Below are positions 1 through 11,865 of a stretch of DNA of 64,000 nt, in pieces (the first letter of the stretch is position 1; each line of letters begins with the position of its first letter). The DNA is from Rhina ancylostomus. Taxonomy: Eukaryota. Where the stretch lies: assembly GCA_030265395.1 (NCBI GenBank), contig JARFYF010000022.1:30310694-30374693 (forward strand), in the 5' to 3' direction. The notes below the pieces were generated by a model, which saw nothing but the letters and a program-made list of their open reading frames with translations, was not told where the DNA came from and ran no database searches. Made by a program: the position numbers and the translations under genes.

Positions 1-55
1 GGCCGGCACAACACGGTGGGCTGAAGGGCCTGTATTGTGTTGTATTGTTCTATGG
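1..55 (+). mobile_element. 3' tail of a CR1-type LINE, truncated by the window edge
   Basis: gtgggctgaagggcctgt..tgtattgttctatg is nearly the same as the tail of the CR1 copy at 62620-62660. Confidence 0.75.
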
Positions 56-1074
56 AACCTCCAGTTTGCACACTTTATATTTGTGAACTAGTCAATGTAT
101 GGATAAAATGGAAGTGTAAATGTGTCCTTCATGACCATGCTGGGTCATAAAAATCCAATATTTTTTTATATTCTAAAGAAAGCTTTAAAGAGCAGTCTAG
201 CCTTGTTTCATTGTATTGAAGTTGTTTTCTTTTTCTCTCAAAAATTCTGGTGTAGGGTTCCAAGAATTTTAAGTTTCCTTCGGAACTGCGCCTAAATATT
301 TAATCTTCAATTTACAAGGTTAGATGATAACCACAGGCAAATTATTACCGTGTGGAGGGTATTATGGCCACACAAGATATTATACTCATTGAATATTGTC
401 ACACACATCCTTTTGCATTTGGGGTGTCTGAATCACAGTTGAGAGTGCAGTTCCTGGCTGATTTTCCCCTTGGTTTAGGAGAAATGAGGAACATTTTCTA
501 TCTGACTGCTGTTTCAGGAACATAAGACTAAGTGTAGCGTATTCAACCCAATAAGCCTGCTCCATCATTTTTATTAGCTTTGTCTGGGTCAGCCATTTCA
601 GCAGAGACTGAGGATCTTGCTGATCTCTACAGGTCAGTGCATTTGTCAACAATCTATTGGAAAAGTTTTAATAATCACTGTTTAAGATTGTTTGTTTGCT
701 TTTAAATTGCCTTCCACTCTGACTCTCCTTGGCATAGAGTCAATGGACATGCTGTAGCAATCTTCTGCAAATTTGTTCTACGGATTAAGAATGCTTGCAT
801 GAGGAAAAATTTTATTTAATTTGTTTTAAGAAAAGGACGCGTGTCCAAACAAGCTTCCATACTTTTGCTCCCTCACCAGAGAACAGCATTGCTAGCATTT
901 CCAAGCCATACAATAGTGTGTCACATGGGTTCAAATGTCTTATAATTTGTTCCTGCTGCATTGCCTATTTTTAAGATACATAATCAGTATTTGGGATTGA
1001 ATAGATGTTCATAAAAACCTCACATCTCAGGCTAGGGGCTGGTGTCCAACAACTTCATTAACTAAACAAATCAT

Positions 1075-1265
1075 CTTGGAATAAAAACTGGAAAGACACA
1101 GCAGATTAGTCAAAGAGAGGTGACTTAATGCTTTGAAATGGGATCCTTAATTTAGACTGCAGTAAAGAATGTGAACATTAGCCTGTCCATCTCTAGATGT
1201 TAAATAGCTTACTCTCCATTCTAATATTTTCTGTTTGTTACAGATTTGCAGCATGCAGATTTTTA
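1075..1265. mobile_element. Heavily decayed Penelope-derived fold-back element
   Basis: The end attttctgtttgttacagatttgcagcatgcag resembles the 3' arms at 6900-6940 and 43045-43080. Confidence 0.4.
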
Positions 1266-1789
1266 CATTATATCTCAGGATTTAGCAGTTCAAGACACAG
1301 TTGCAGATCATAGACCTAATAATGCTTCCCAGCTGCTGCATTAATTTGTGTCATTGACTGCAATAAGGGTGGAGCATTAATGGTTTCACAATGTACCCGA
1401 CACGTCAGAGGTGATGAAACCCATTTGCTTCATTCAGTGACTTATTGAAGGTAATTTTAACTTAACTCTCCTGGCAGAAAACTGGCAGATTTGAAACAGT
1501 TGCTCATTTTACACCCTCATGTACTCCCCAATTTTAATCTCCATTAAGCTAATGGAGTGCAAAGCCAGGCAGAGTATTTAAAGGGCTTCTGGCTGATGCT
1601 CTGTTACCCTGCTGAGTCACTCTGGTTTCCACCTGCTGATGGTTTTTCATTCAGTAGATATGCCAATTTGTATTAAAACTGTCTTCTCTATGTCAGACCC
1701 ATCAACAATATGTAAAATGTGGCTGCTGTCCTGCTCAGGATTAACCCCTGAGGCACATAAATTGATTGCTGCTTTATGTTTAGATAGCT

Positions 1790-2540
1790 TTTCTCTGCAA
1801 ACCATTTGCATCCTGTCTGGTTTCACTACTACCTGTCACACCATTGGCACTGCACTACCTCAGATGCCATTTTCTCTCATGGTCCACTGTCACCTGGTGT
1901 GTACCTCATGGCTTCCTCCTTGGTTCACACTTCTTCATTATACAATGTGACCGTCTCATTAACGTAGATGGGAATTTAATTCAGCTTTGCCTCACTATTT
2001 CCTTTATTATTTCATCACAAAGCCATTGACAAAGTCCCAAATGACTATCAAGTATTTAAAACATGGTTGTTAATTTTTTTTACAGCCTAACAGCAGACAA
2101 ACTGAAGCCATGCTTTTCTAACATCGCTTAAACAACTGCATTAAATTCCATTAACCTGTTTGTGTATCCTTGGGCTCAGAGGTGTGAAACTTTAATGCGC
2201 TGCTAACCTCTAATCTCACCATCCTCCTCATATCCAACCAAAACAATCACCACTTTGTTTCCCCTCTAAAATTCACCCTGATCAGCATTACCTATCCCCT
2301 TCTCCCCAAAACCTACTCAATGCCTGTATCACCATGAGCCTGGACTTCTCCAATGCTTTTTTGTTAATTTTTCCATTTCCACTCACCATGATCTATAAAC
2401 TACATAAAACATTACAACTTATGCTTTCATCTGACACCCACCCAGTCTGTTCCACAGACTCAGTACTTGTGAGACTCTTCTGGTTCCCTTGTGTTCAGCA
2501 GAGTTGGTTTCAATTTGCTTTTCCTCCCCTTTCAGCCCTC
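1790..2540 (+). mobile_element. Decayed L2-type LINE ORF2 (RT and C-terminal part)
   Basis: STVTWCVPHGFLLGSHFFII (about 1880-1945) resembles RT motif VTxGVPQGSxLGPLLFxI. SLDFSNAFL (about 2337) resembles L2 SRLDYCNALL, and SVLVRLFWFP resembles PVLxxLHWLP. Confidence 0.7.
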
Positions 2541-2714
2541 TGCTCTTTAAAGCTGATCGGAATTTGTCAAATAACATGTGCCAGTGGTGCAATGAAAGAG
2601 GTAGTGATCTTATGAAAAAACTCAAGAAAATTCAGTGCTATTCTTAAGCATGGCAGTTTTATTTCCAGCAACACACTAGTGTTTCTGTGTCATGTCCTGC
2701 ATGTTTAAAGAGTC

Positions 2715-2945
2715 TGAAAGAGTAAAGAGAAAGAAGATAATAATTAAATGAAAACTGGATGACGAAAGTAGAAAGAGTTGAAAAAAATTAATGAAAAGGG
2801 ACAGAATTTGGTAGAAAATGGAGGAAAAAAAAGATCAAGTAAATAACAGAATGAAAAATAAATAGTGGACATAACAGAAAAGAAAGCTAAGAAAAATGTA
2901 AAAAGAGGCTAGAAAAAAAGAATAGAGAAGAAAAGTCAAGGTTTA
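2715..2945. repeat. A/G-rich low-complexity tract
   Basis: Strongly purine-skewed run with no clear repeat unit. Confidence 0.6.
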
Positions 2946-3821
2946 TGAGAATTGGTCAAACCCAGAAAATTTCAAGAAGTACTTGTATTTCACTGGAAGC
3001 ATTATGTGCAGAATAGTCTGGTTCTTGAAACAAAACAATCTTTGTTTTACAATTTGGACGATTTAAATCATCCCAGTCTCCAGCTCCTTCCAAATTTCCT
3101 GTGGCTTTTTATATTATCACAATTGAAGATGTTCAATTAACTATTTCTTCACTGGTTGAACTGGAATATAAAGCTGAGCATAAGAGTGATAAACCGATGA
3201 GCTGGATTTATAAAGTAAAATCAATTGCATTCACAGTTATCACTCTGAACTTTTTGTATTAAAAAATTTAAAATACAGGCACTCAAACAATAATGTGTAT
3301 TAATTAATGCAATTCAAAAATGGAAGTTGTTGAATTAGTAATACACCTGTGCCCATACACAACTACATTAAGAGCATCAACATCATAAGACCCAAACTGG
3401 AAATGAAAATTGAAATGTGGAAACAAAGTGCTGTAGAGAGTTAAGCAGACTGAGGGAATGATAGAAAATTGACTGCAACAACTTTAAAGCACTACAGATT
3501 GGTAGCCCATGGCAGTGGCTTGTAAAGTTCACATTTATGATCTGCTGGTGTGCTACAATACCAATGAAGACTTGGTGTTAAGCAAGGTGTATTAAGAGGA
3601 ATGAACCAGAATAATGAAGCCTAGACTTCTTGCATGTTTGAAAATGTGTGCTAAAATAGTTTTGAGCAGAGCCCAAGGCAATGATTTTCTTGTTCATGTG
3701 ATAAGCAAGACCACTGTTTTGAATTCCAAGCCTTTTGCATGATTCAGCTCAGAAATCTCACTACTTGAATTTTACAGTGCAATATTGCGCAACATTAGTA
3801 ACCCAAAGCAGCAGTATTTAA

Positions 3822-4087
3822 AACTAGGGGTCCTGGGTTTAGGGTAATAAGAAAGACGTTTAGAGGGGATCTAAGAACTTTAACACGGTTGGAATCTGCT
3901 ACAAACTGCCTGAGTGAGTGGTGGACTCCGGTTTTCTCACTCATTTAAGAAGTATGGATGGGCACTTGAATGGAAAGCTATAGACAAAATTCTGGTAAAA
4001 GGGATTAATGCAAGTAGATAGATACCTAATAGTTGGCATGGATATGTTGAGCCAAAGGACCTGTTCATGTGTTATATGATTCTATGA
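3822..4087 (+). mobile_element. CR1 LINE 3' end, decayed
   Basis: actagggg..tttaagaag..gggcacttgaa.. followed by the tail gagccaaaggacctgtt..atgattctatga. Collinear with 62351-62664. Confidence 0.7.
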
Positions 4088-4489
4088 GTCCAAGACCATT
4101 TGACTCAGTTTATAAAACTAACACTTCAAGTAAGCAGGACTAGGTGCCTTAGTGTAACGAGTATCTCTGAAGAAAGTCCCATCTAAATCTAATAGCATGA
4201 AAAAAAAAATCAGTTTATTCCCCTTCTCTGTGGCTTTGAAGGCAGCAGGATAACCTGTGAAGATTCAGTAGTTTGCTCCCAGACCCCTCAATGGTAGCTC
4301 AGATGATGTCAGGGCTTTTCACCAATGTAAGTGCCTGATGTTACTGCTATGTGCCCAGCATTCTCCATGTGTAAACTTATCAAAAGCTAGGAGGTGCCAA
4401 TTATNNNNNNNNNNTTATTCTCATTAATTGTTTTCCTGTGCCTAAAGTTATGCACATCACATTAAAACCTTGCACTACAGAATCAAATA

Positions 4490-4615
4490 CTAACACAATG
4501 GGTCCTCATCCAAAATCTATCCACACCCACTTTTCAGTAGATCACTAGTGAGTAACCAAGCGCAGGGATTCCATCTAATTTACCCCCTTCACTGGGTCAC
4601 TGAGGCCAATGTCAA
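4490..4615 (-). mobile_element. Fragment of the old SINE family also at 11470, 25560, 28680 and 56035
   Basis: gtcctcatccaaaatctatccacac resembles gtcctcacccaacatttacac (28701) and gtcattatccaatatccactc (11645). Confidence 0.45.
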
Positions 4616-4849
4616 TACATATACATAGGTAACATGACATAGCAGACAAAGCAAAAGTTTAATTTTAGATCATTTCAAACTGAATTGCAATGTAGAAACT
4701 GGTTATTTGTTCTGTTCATATTGATACAGATCTGCAATATTAGTTCTAATGCTACATGCCAGGCCAATTCTGATATCTCCTTTTTCTCCTTTCTTTCAAC
4801 AACCTATCGAGTTGGTTATTATAGTCTATGTGTTATTTGTTTTGATCAC

Positions 4850-5420
4850 CATCTCTGGCACTGCATTCCACAAGTCTTCAACACTTTACTAAATCATATC
4901 AATGTTCCAAATCTCTCAATTACTGGAACAAGCAGTTTTCATCTATTCTGTCCCATTTCTCCATAATTTTATAAGTACCTAATTATTTTATAACCACGTC
5001 TAAACTAATTAAACTGCTCTAACTTTTCAAGTCTTTCTTAGTATCTTTGTACTGGGATGCATCTCAGCAAATCGGGACTGTACCCTCTCTGTACCTCATC
5101 CTTTTAATGGAGTAGAGTTCAAAACTACACACAATGGGCTGATTATAATGTATCATCAAACCTCAGCTTTTATATTCTGTGCCTTTTTCTAATAAATCCA
5201 GCATTCCATTAGTTACTTTTTACCTTATGCATTTAAGATGCTGCTTTTAACATCTTATGAACCTAAAGCTCCAAATCTGTATGCCCTTCCACATCCTCTC
5301 ATTCAGAATATTGTTATTATTTTTGATTTATTAAATAAATATATCTACAACTCCCACTTCCTAACATTCAATTCTATCTATTGCTTTTTAGCCCATTCTA
5401 CTATTTTATCAATGCCCCCT
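4850..5420 (-). mobile_element. Decayed CR1 ORF2 fragment
   Basis: Contains antisense CR1 RT signatures such as caaaactacacacaat and cacttcctaacattcaattctatctattgctttttagcccattc (WQMxFNVxKC region). Confidence 0.55.
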
Positions 5421-5607
5421 GGATGGCACTGTTACAAATGAATAGTGCATTTACTGACAGGGTAATCAGCAGAGCTAACATTTATTTTAAGCTTGGCATA
5501 AGACATAGAAATAAAATTTCATGTGAATTCTTATAAAATTATAGACAACACAAAGCAGCAAAATGTACTTTGATGTAGAATCAGTATTGGGTTTAACTAA
5601 ACTCCAG

Positions 5608-6012
5608 CAATACACAAGGTGCTAGAGGAAGTCAGCAGGTCAGGCAGATTCTATGGAGGGAAATGGACAGTCGAGATTTTGGGTCAAGACCTGTCACCTG
5701 AACTGAAAGGTAGAGAGGAGATAGCCAGTACAAAAAGGTGCAGCGAAGGGGTGGATCAAGAGCTAGCAAGCGATAGGTGAATCCAGGTTGAGGAGTGGTG
5801 GGGGTTGGGGAAGCAGTGATAGGCAGATGGAGGAGGGGAGAGTGGAAATAGCACCAGAAGTTGGGAGGTGATAGGTGGAAGCAACAGAGGGCTGAAGATG
5901 ATGGAGTTTGATGGGAGAGGAAGGTGATATATGGAATCAAGTGACAGACATGAGGAGAGCAGATAGGAAAATTGGGGAAGGGGAACCAGTGGCAGAAGTA
6001 TGTGGGTGATGG
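5608..6012 (-). mobile_element. Penelope-like element terminal region
   Basis: gctagaggaagtcagcaggtcaggcag..atggagggaaatggacagtcga..gggtcaagacc is the reverse complement of 41270-41355 and is followed by a G/A-rich body. Confidence 0.7.
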
Positions 6013-6731
6013 ACCTTTATTTTACTAAACTCCAGTTCAGTTCAAAATAGTACCTTACTCGGTTTATAATGGGATTAGGCAATGCCAACTATAGTTCCAG
6101 TGCAAACAGTACATCATCAATTTCCAATCAATTTCAGATTCAGATACAATCAATCAGTGTATTAAAGAGATTCTAACAAATACTATATCAATAATTGATA
6201 TCCAAAGATCACTGGACATTTGACTTAAATTAAGTAAGTATATTTAGCCTTTCAAATTATTTCAACATTATTTGTCATAATGTTACACAAAAATAAATTC
6301 AGCAATTTTGTGAAATGTGAGAGAATTTGAAGAGTGATTTCAGGTTTTAAAAAAAAATTTCTATATTTTAAAATTATTTCTGTTTGAGAATGTTATCCTC
6401 TTTTTAAAGAAGCCATTTTTTTTCCCTGAAAGGAATCACCAGGAGTTTGCATCTTTACTGCTAGCTAATCACTTTGCCATATTGAGAAGCTGTCCCAAAC
6501 AACTTGGAGGTGGTTATAATTGCATTATGGCCAGGTTTAGAGGATTCCTTATGACCTGACAGATTCCTTATGAAGGGGGCATGAATATATGATGACCACC
6601 AGTAGCTCAAATAAAGATTTTAAGAGAAATTTCTTTACAGAAAGAGAGCTAATTATTGTTACCTGGAGTTGTTAGGATTTGTGACTATGCGAAAACTTGT
6701 TGAATACATGAGAAACAAATGAATGTGGGTT

Positions 6732-6945
6732 AAAAATAGAAAATACTGGAGAAACTCAGCAGGTCAAACAGCATCTGTGAACATTTTAAGTGATGAATTT
6801 TCACCTGAAAGGTCATGAATGTGAAACATTAACCTGTTTCCCGCCCCCCCCCCCCCCCCCCACGCACAAACATTGCCTGACCTAACCTGGTGAGTGTATC
6901 CAGCATTTTCTGTTGTTATTTCAGATTTCCAGCATCTACAGTTTC
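6732..6945. mobile_element. Penelope-derived fold-back element (two inverted arms) with an internal poly-C run at 6844-6861
   Basis: The left arm gaaaatactggagaaactcagcaggtca is complementary to the right arm tgacc..tgagtgtatccagcattttc. Confidence 0.7.
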
Positions 6946-7304
6946 TTTTTTTTTAAATGCCTAATAGAACAAGGCCATGAGAAGAGGTCAGGAAGAGGCT
7001 TCTGGAGTTTATGCATAGGTGAATTAGAACAAATGATCTATCCTATATGTAATTATTTTCAGTCTACATTATTGGCTGTAGCAGGGAAGGATTAACTATC
7101 ATAGTCTCTTCACATTATTTCAAAATTTTATGGGTGTCTTTAGAGATCTGATTGCTTTGATTCTGGTGAACATTTAAAGGTAGACTTTACTTAAACTGAA
7201 TTCTTTTTGCAATGTCATTGGCAGAACTTTTACACTCAGACCCTCAGGAAATTTCCACATAAATCCTATTACCTTTCCTCCACCTGAAAACCCATAAAAA
7301 GATA

Positions 7305-7645
7305 ATTGAGTGCAGGAGTAGCCAATGTGGCCCATCAGATCTTCTCTGCACTTCAATACCAAGTTCCCACCCTATCCCCAAATTCTTGCATTCCTTTAAT
7401 GCCCAAATATTTATTTATTTCCAGTGTTGAATATACTCATCCGAGTATCCACAGTCCTCTGAAGTAGTGAATTCCAGAAGGCACAACTTTGGGTGAAGAA
7501 ATTTCTCCTTGCTTTAGTCCTAGATGTCTAGCTCCTGATCCTGACACCATGCCTCCAAGCCTCCAATCTAAGACAGTGCAGCCCAGGGAAACCACTCACA
7601 GCATCTACCCTCTCAATCTCCCTAAAAGCTTAATGTGTTTCAATA
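7305..7645 (-). mobile_element. CR1 LINE 3' end
   Basis: gcaggagtagcca..cctatcccc..tccacagtcctctg..gaattccaga..gtgaagaaatttctcct is the antisense of the 47100-47365 type end. Confidence 0.7.
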
Positions 7646-9069
7646 TTTATGCTTTGTGTCTCCTAACAAACTTTTGGTCACTTTTTCTGATGCTTTTTCC
7701 CTTTTAATCTTTTATTATCCTTTGCCTTCACCTCCACCTCCAAGTATAAATGCCTAGAAGTTTAATTGTAACACTTTTTCAATATTCTAGCATACTTTAG
7801 GACTTGACTTGCTACTGAACATAAAAACAATTAAATAGGACCTTTAGCAAATGTCCAAAGTACTTCTATTGCATCCATAAGATTGCACCAGGTGTGTGTT
7901 ATACCAACACAGACTGCACTAATTTCTATAATCCCAGTTATATATGTGAACACAATACCTTTTATTTGCCTGCAACATTCCAGGCCTAATTTTTTTTTGG
8001 ATACAGACAGAGTTTGTAAATATTGGTATTCTTATGCTCTAGCTTTAGGTAATGTGGAAATATTTAAAGGAACTAGATGTAATTAAACCACCTTGTAACT
8101 CCTTGAATGTAAATTTGAAGTCCTTTCTATCCAAATGGGACAGTAGTAATTATGAGTAGAGAATAAGTCAAGCTTGTAATCAAGCTTGGTGAATAACTAC
8201 TGAAACAGGAGTCTTTTTGCCTTGCAATTGAGTGTAATTGAAGTTCTTTAGGGTACGCATGCTTTCTTCTTAATAGTGGCCCCTCTCAACTAAAAATACT
8301 TTTTCTCTAGCTCATAGAATTTGTTCTTTCTCCCCCAGACAGGAGGCAGTGGTGGATTTGATCTGGCAGGTTTACTGAATAATCCAGGCTTCATGAATAT
8401 GGTAATATTGTATAGCCTCTTTTACTTGCTCCTTTTTTTATAATTTTGTTTATCTTGTAATTAGTTCTACCTCAAGATATTGTTTAAATTAATAATAGCC
8501 TGACTCTTCCCACAACTGTTCTGTGACCAGCAATTCAGCTGTCTTCCAGTTGGTTGAGATGGCATGATTGTTTTCTCCAGTCAGCCGACTTGACAGCCGA
8601 ACCACTAAATTTATAAAAGTGTTCTCTCCAATGGCTATTTAGAAAGCTATTTCCATATTTAGGAGAGTACTTTGCCTCACAATGAGCTCTTTATTTCTGC
8701 ATGATTTTGTAATAAATAATTATTAACAATTCAACACAAATAAATGTCAAGAGATGCCAAAGAAGTTAATTGTGGACAAACAAAGTGCATTCTAACAGAC
8801 ATCATTTTTCATTGATTTCCATTTTTAGGCATCTAATCTAATGCAGAATTCACAAGTACAGCAGTTGTAAGTACCAGTATTTAATTAATTGGTTTCTCTT
8901 TGTTTGAATTCAAGTTTTCTACATTCAGTTAATGATTTGTATTTTCTGTTGGATAGAGTTTCTGGAATGATGTCTGGATCCTATGGTCCAGTAGGAGGAA
9001 GTGCAGGGGGACCTGGAACAGGAGCCAATGACATTGCAGGCCTCATCCAAGCGTGAGTGTTCTTTTCGC

Positions 9070-9165
9070 ATAATATCCCTCTTCCCTGGTGCCATTTTGT
9101 TAATCTCCTCTGCACCCTGGTCAATATTTTGATGTTTTCCTCAATGTAATTTGGTAAATTCTGGG
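9070..9165 (-). mobile_element. Short CR1 ORF2 fragment
   Basis: Translates YIEENIKILTRVQRRLTKW, close to CR1 YxKDIxxLERVQRRFTRM. Confidence 0.6.
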
Positions 9166-9239
9166 GTTTAAAGCAAATAAAAGTAAATTCTGTGGAGCTT
9201 GAATAACTTGCCTTCAACAGCAATGGATGTCCTCCTCTG

Positions 9240-9535
9240 CTCAGACGCTTCAGTGCCATACTGAGTGATTGCTGGGCCAAAACATGTTCTGCCTTCTCTA
9301 CCCCACCTCAGCTGGGTGTGATATTTGAAAATGATTTGGGAGCTCTCCTGGTGAACACTTAACATATAACCAATGCCAATAAAATTTAATTTATATCTGT
9401 CTTTTTGGAGAAACTGGCTACATGTTGTCGTACTTATTTTTAGTGTAGTCACTATTATTATTTCATTAAATGTGAAGTGCTTTGGACTGGACTAAAGATT
9501 TGGAGGATCCAGTATAAATGAAAGGGTTTGTTTTA
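9240..9535 (+). mobile_element. Decayed Deu-domain SINE (SacSINE1-like)
   Basis: cagtgccatactgag.. and the tail tgtgaagtgctttgga..tataaatgaaag resemble 55130-55180 and 61180-61240. Confidence 0.45.
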
Positions 9536-9724
9536 TGTGGAAGATTTTCTGTGTCATTAGTTTGAAAGTGCTTAAATGTAGAATAAATTTTATATAAATA
9601 TAGAATTAGGAGCAGGACTAGATGNNNNNNNNNNNNNNNNNNNNNNNNNNNNNNNNNNNNNNNNNNNNNNNNNNNNNNNNNNNNNNNNNNNNNNNNNNNN
9701 NNNNNNNNNNNNNNNNNNNNNNNN

Positions 9725-9955
9725 ATGAGAGGCAGGGAGGTTTGGAAAGGGAGTTGTAGCAGAGGAGCTGCAGATGGGTGAAAGTGGAGCTGTCGATGGA
9801 GGGGCAAAGGGAGAGAAGGATATTTAAGAGGTCAGAACTAGGATGATACAAAGTTCTTGAAAGGACTGGAATATGTTACAGAGATAGGGATACCAGGCCA
9901 TAAAGGCTATTATATAAAGGAGTGAGTAAGTATCAGGGAACTGGTCAGTGAGAAA
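9725..9955 (-). mobile_element. L2-type LINE 3' fragment
   Basis: gagaggcagggaggtttggaaagggagttg..gttacagagataggga is similar to 36865-36915. Confidence 0.55.
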
Positions 9956-10708
9956 AATATGGGTGAGAGAGCACAACATCTGAATGAAAGCAAGATGAAG
10001 TGGGAAAATATTGAAAATCTACACTTCTGAGGAATAAAATGATGATAGGAATGCAACATTATATCTTTTTTTCTACCTAAGGAATGAATCATTATTCTCT
10101 TCCTCTGTTTTGTAGGTGGTGCATAGAGATCAAATCTGGCCAAATACTCCATTCCAAGACTGCATATTGTAATTTTTGTTTTAATAGACCCCCAAGGATG
10201 TAAGGGAACTCTAGAAACCAAGATTCTGCTTGTGAGGTTCAAATTTAAGACCTATTCAATCTCTCCAATCACAATTGAAATCCAGCATCCCTCACATGCT
10301 TTTATATGGGGGCATTTGCATCATTTTCTGCCCTAAAATGGTCACCTGAAAATCTGAAGTGCAGTCGACACCTGGCAGAGCCAGGCACTGGATTTAATTC
10401 AAAGATTACCTCTTCCAGCATAAGTACCAAAAAGGTCCATTAAAATCTGAAGCCAAGTGTATTGGCAAAACGATTAATTAGGAAAGAACGACGCGCAAGA
10501 ACAGAGTCACACGTGGAACGTGATACCATGCACACTGCATGGGGCACATTGGATGAAAACTCAGAGAATCCAAAGGAAACAGACTGCAGGTCGATCTGCC
10601 TCCCATGGGAGGCACGGGGTTAGGAATAAATAGGTAAAATAAAAGATTAAACAAAATGTACTATTATCAATAACAATTTTTAAAATAACTTTCTACAGCA
10701 GTTTCTTA

Positions 10709-10897
<189 letters not shown>

Positions 10898-11469
10898 CTA
10901 AAGACAACAAGAGTTCTGATCACACACAGAACAAATGCATCTTGACAAGCATTATACAGCAGTGATGGTGTACGTGTGCTCATGGACTCCCAGAATGCTC
11001 TCCCTTAACCTATTAATCCCTACCAATTTCACATCATCACATCAAAAGCCCCTCAGGCTACATTGTTTTCCCTTTTGTGTCGGGAGTACAAGATTCTTGT
11101 TGAAAGCATTTTGTATAATATTTCTTGAGGTAAAATTTCCCATATTTTCATTGGTCAGGACCTCTCCGTGTGAAGAATGAACAGACAATGTTTCATAAAC
11201 CATTTAAATCCTAGTTTCCTGTTAACACACTGTACGTTCACTGGGGATTATGGATTTGTGCAAGCTGTCTCTTCTTGGCAAGTTTAGAAAACTCAGTTCA
11301 GTTTGATGGACTGATTTTCTACTGGTGGAAGGTTAGTGTTCTTCGCTGATTCTCTGAAACAGGCAAAGAGTTCACAACATGTCAGCTGAGGAAAAAGGTA
11401 GATAACCCTTTAAACAATTGGCTGTTAAGGTCACAACTGTATTCATTTAGTGCAGTTTTTTTTAGTTCA

Positions 11470-11865
11470 TTTGAACTTTCTTCCCTCTTTTGCTGAGGCA
11501 TTGACTCACGCTGGATTATTGTTCCATAGGCATTAAATGTGCTCCATAACTTGCCGAAGGGCCACTTTCTTCATGGATGCACAAAGGCAATGAACATTAG
11601 CAGCTTATTCTATCATGAAGGCATCATGATCAAGCCCAATTTTTGTCATTATCCAATATCCACTCACTTAAAAAGAACAGGAACAGGGTCTTTGTTCTCA
11701 TTCCTCCATTCCCATCAGCGTTGCTGCTGAAGACACTGAGAGGGTCTCTACTGGAACCACTGTGTGTGATCAGTCAGCTCAGCATGGCTAAGGCTGAATT
11801 AAGAGCTCTAAACCTAACAACATGCTTTAATGTCACACATGCAACAACACACCAACTGAGCTAAT
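11470..11865 (-). mobile_element. Old tRNA-derived SINE, near full length (unnamed family, several copies in the window)
   Basis: Collinear with 56035-56420 (same strand) and 25560-25885 (opposite strand). Ends in actgagcta, the antisense of a tRNA-like tagctcagt head. Confidence 0.5.
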
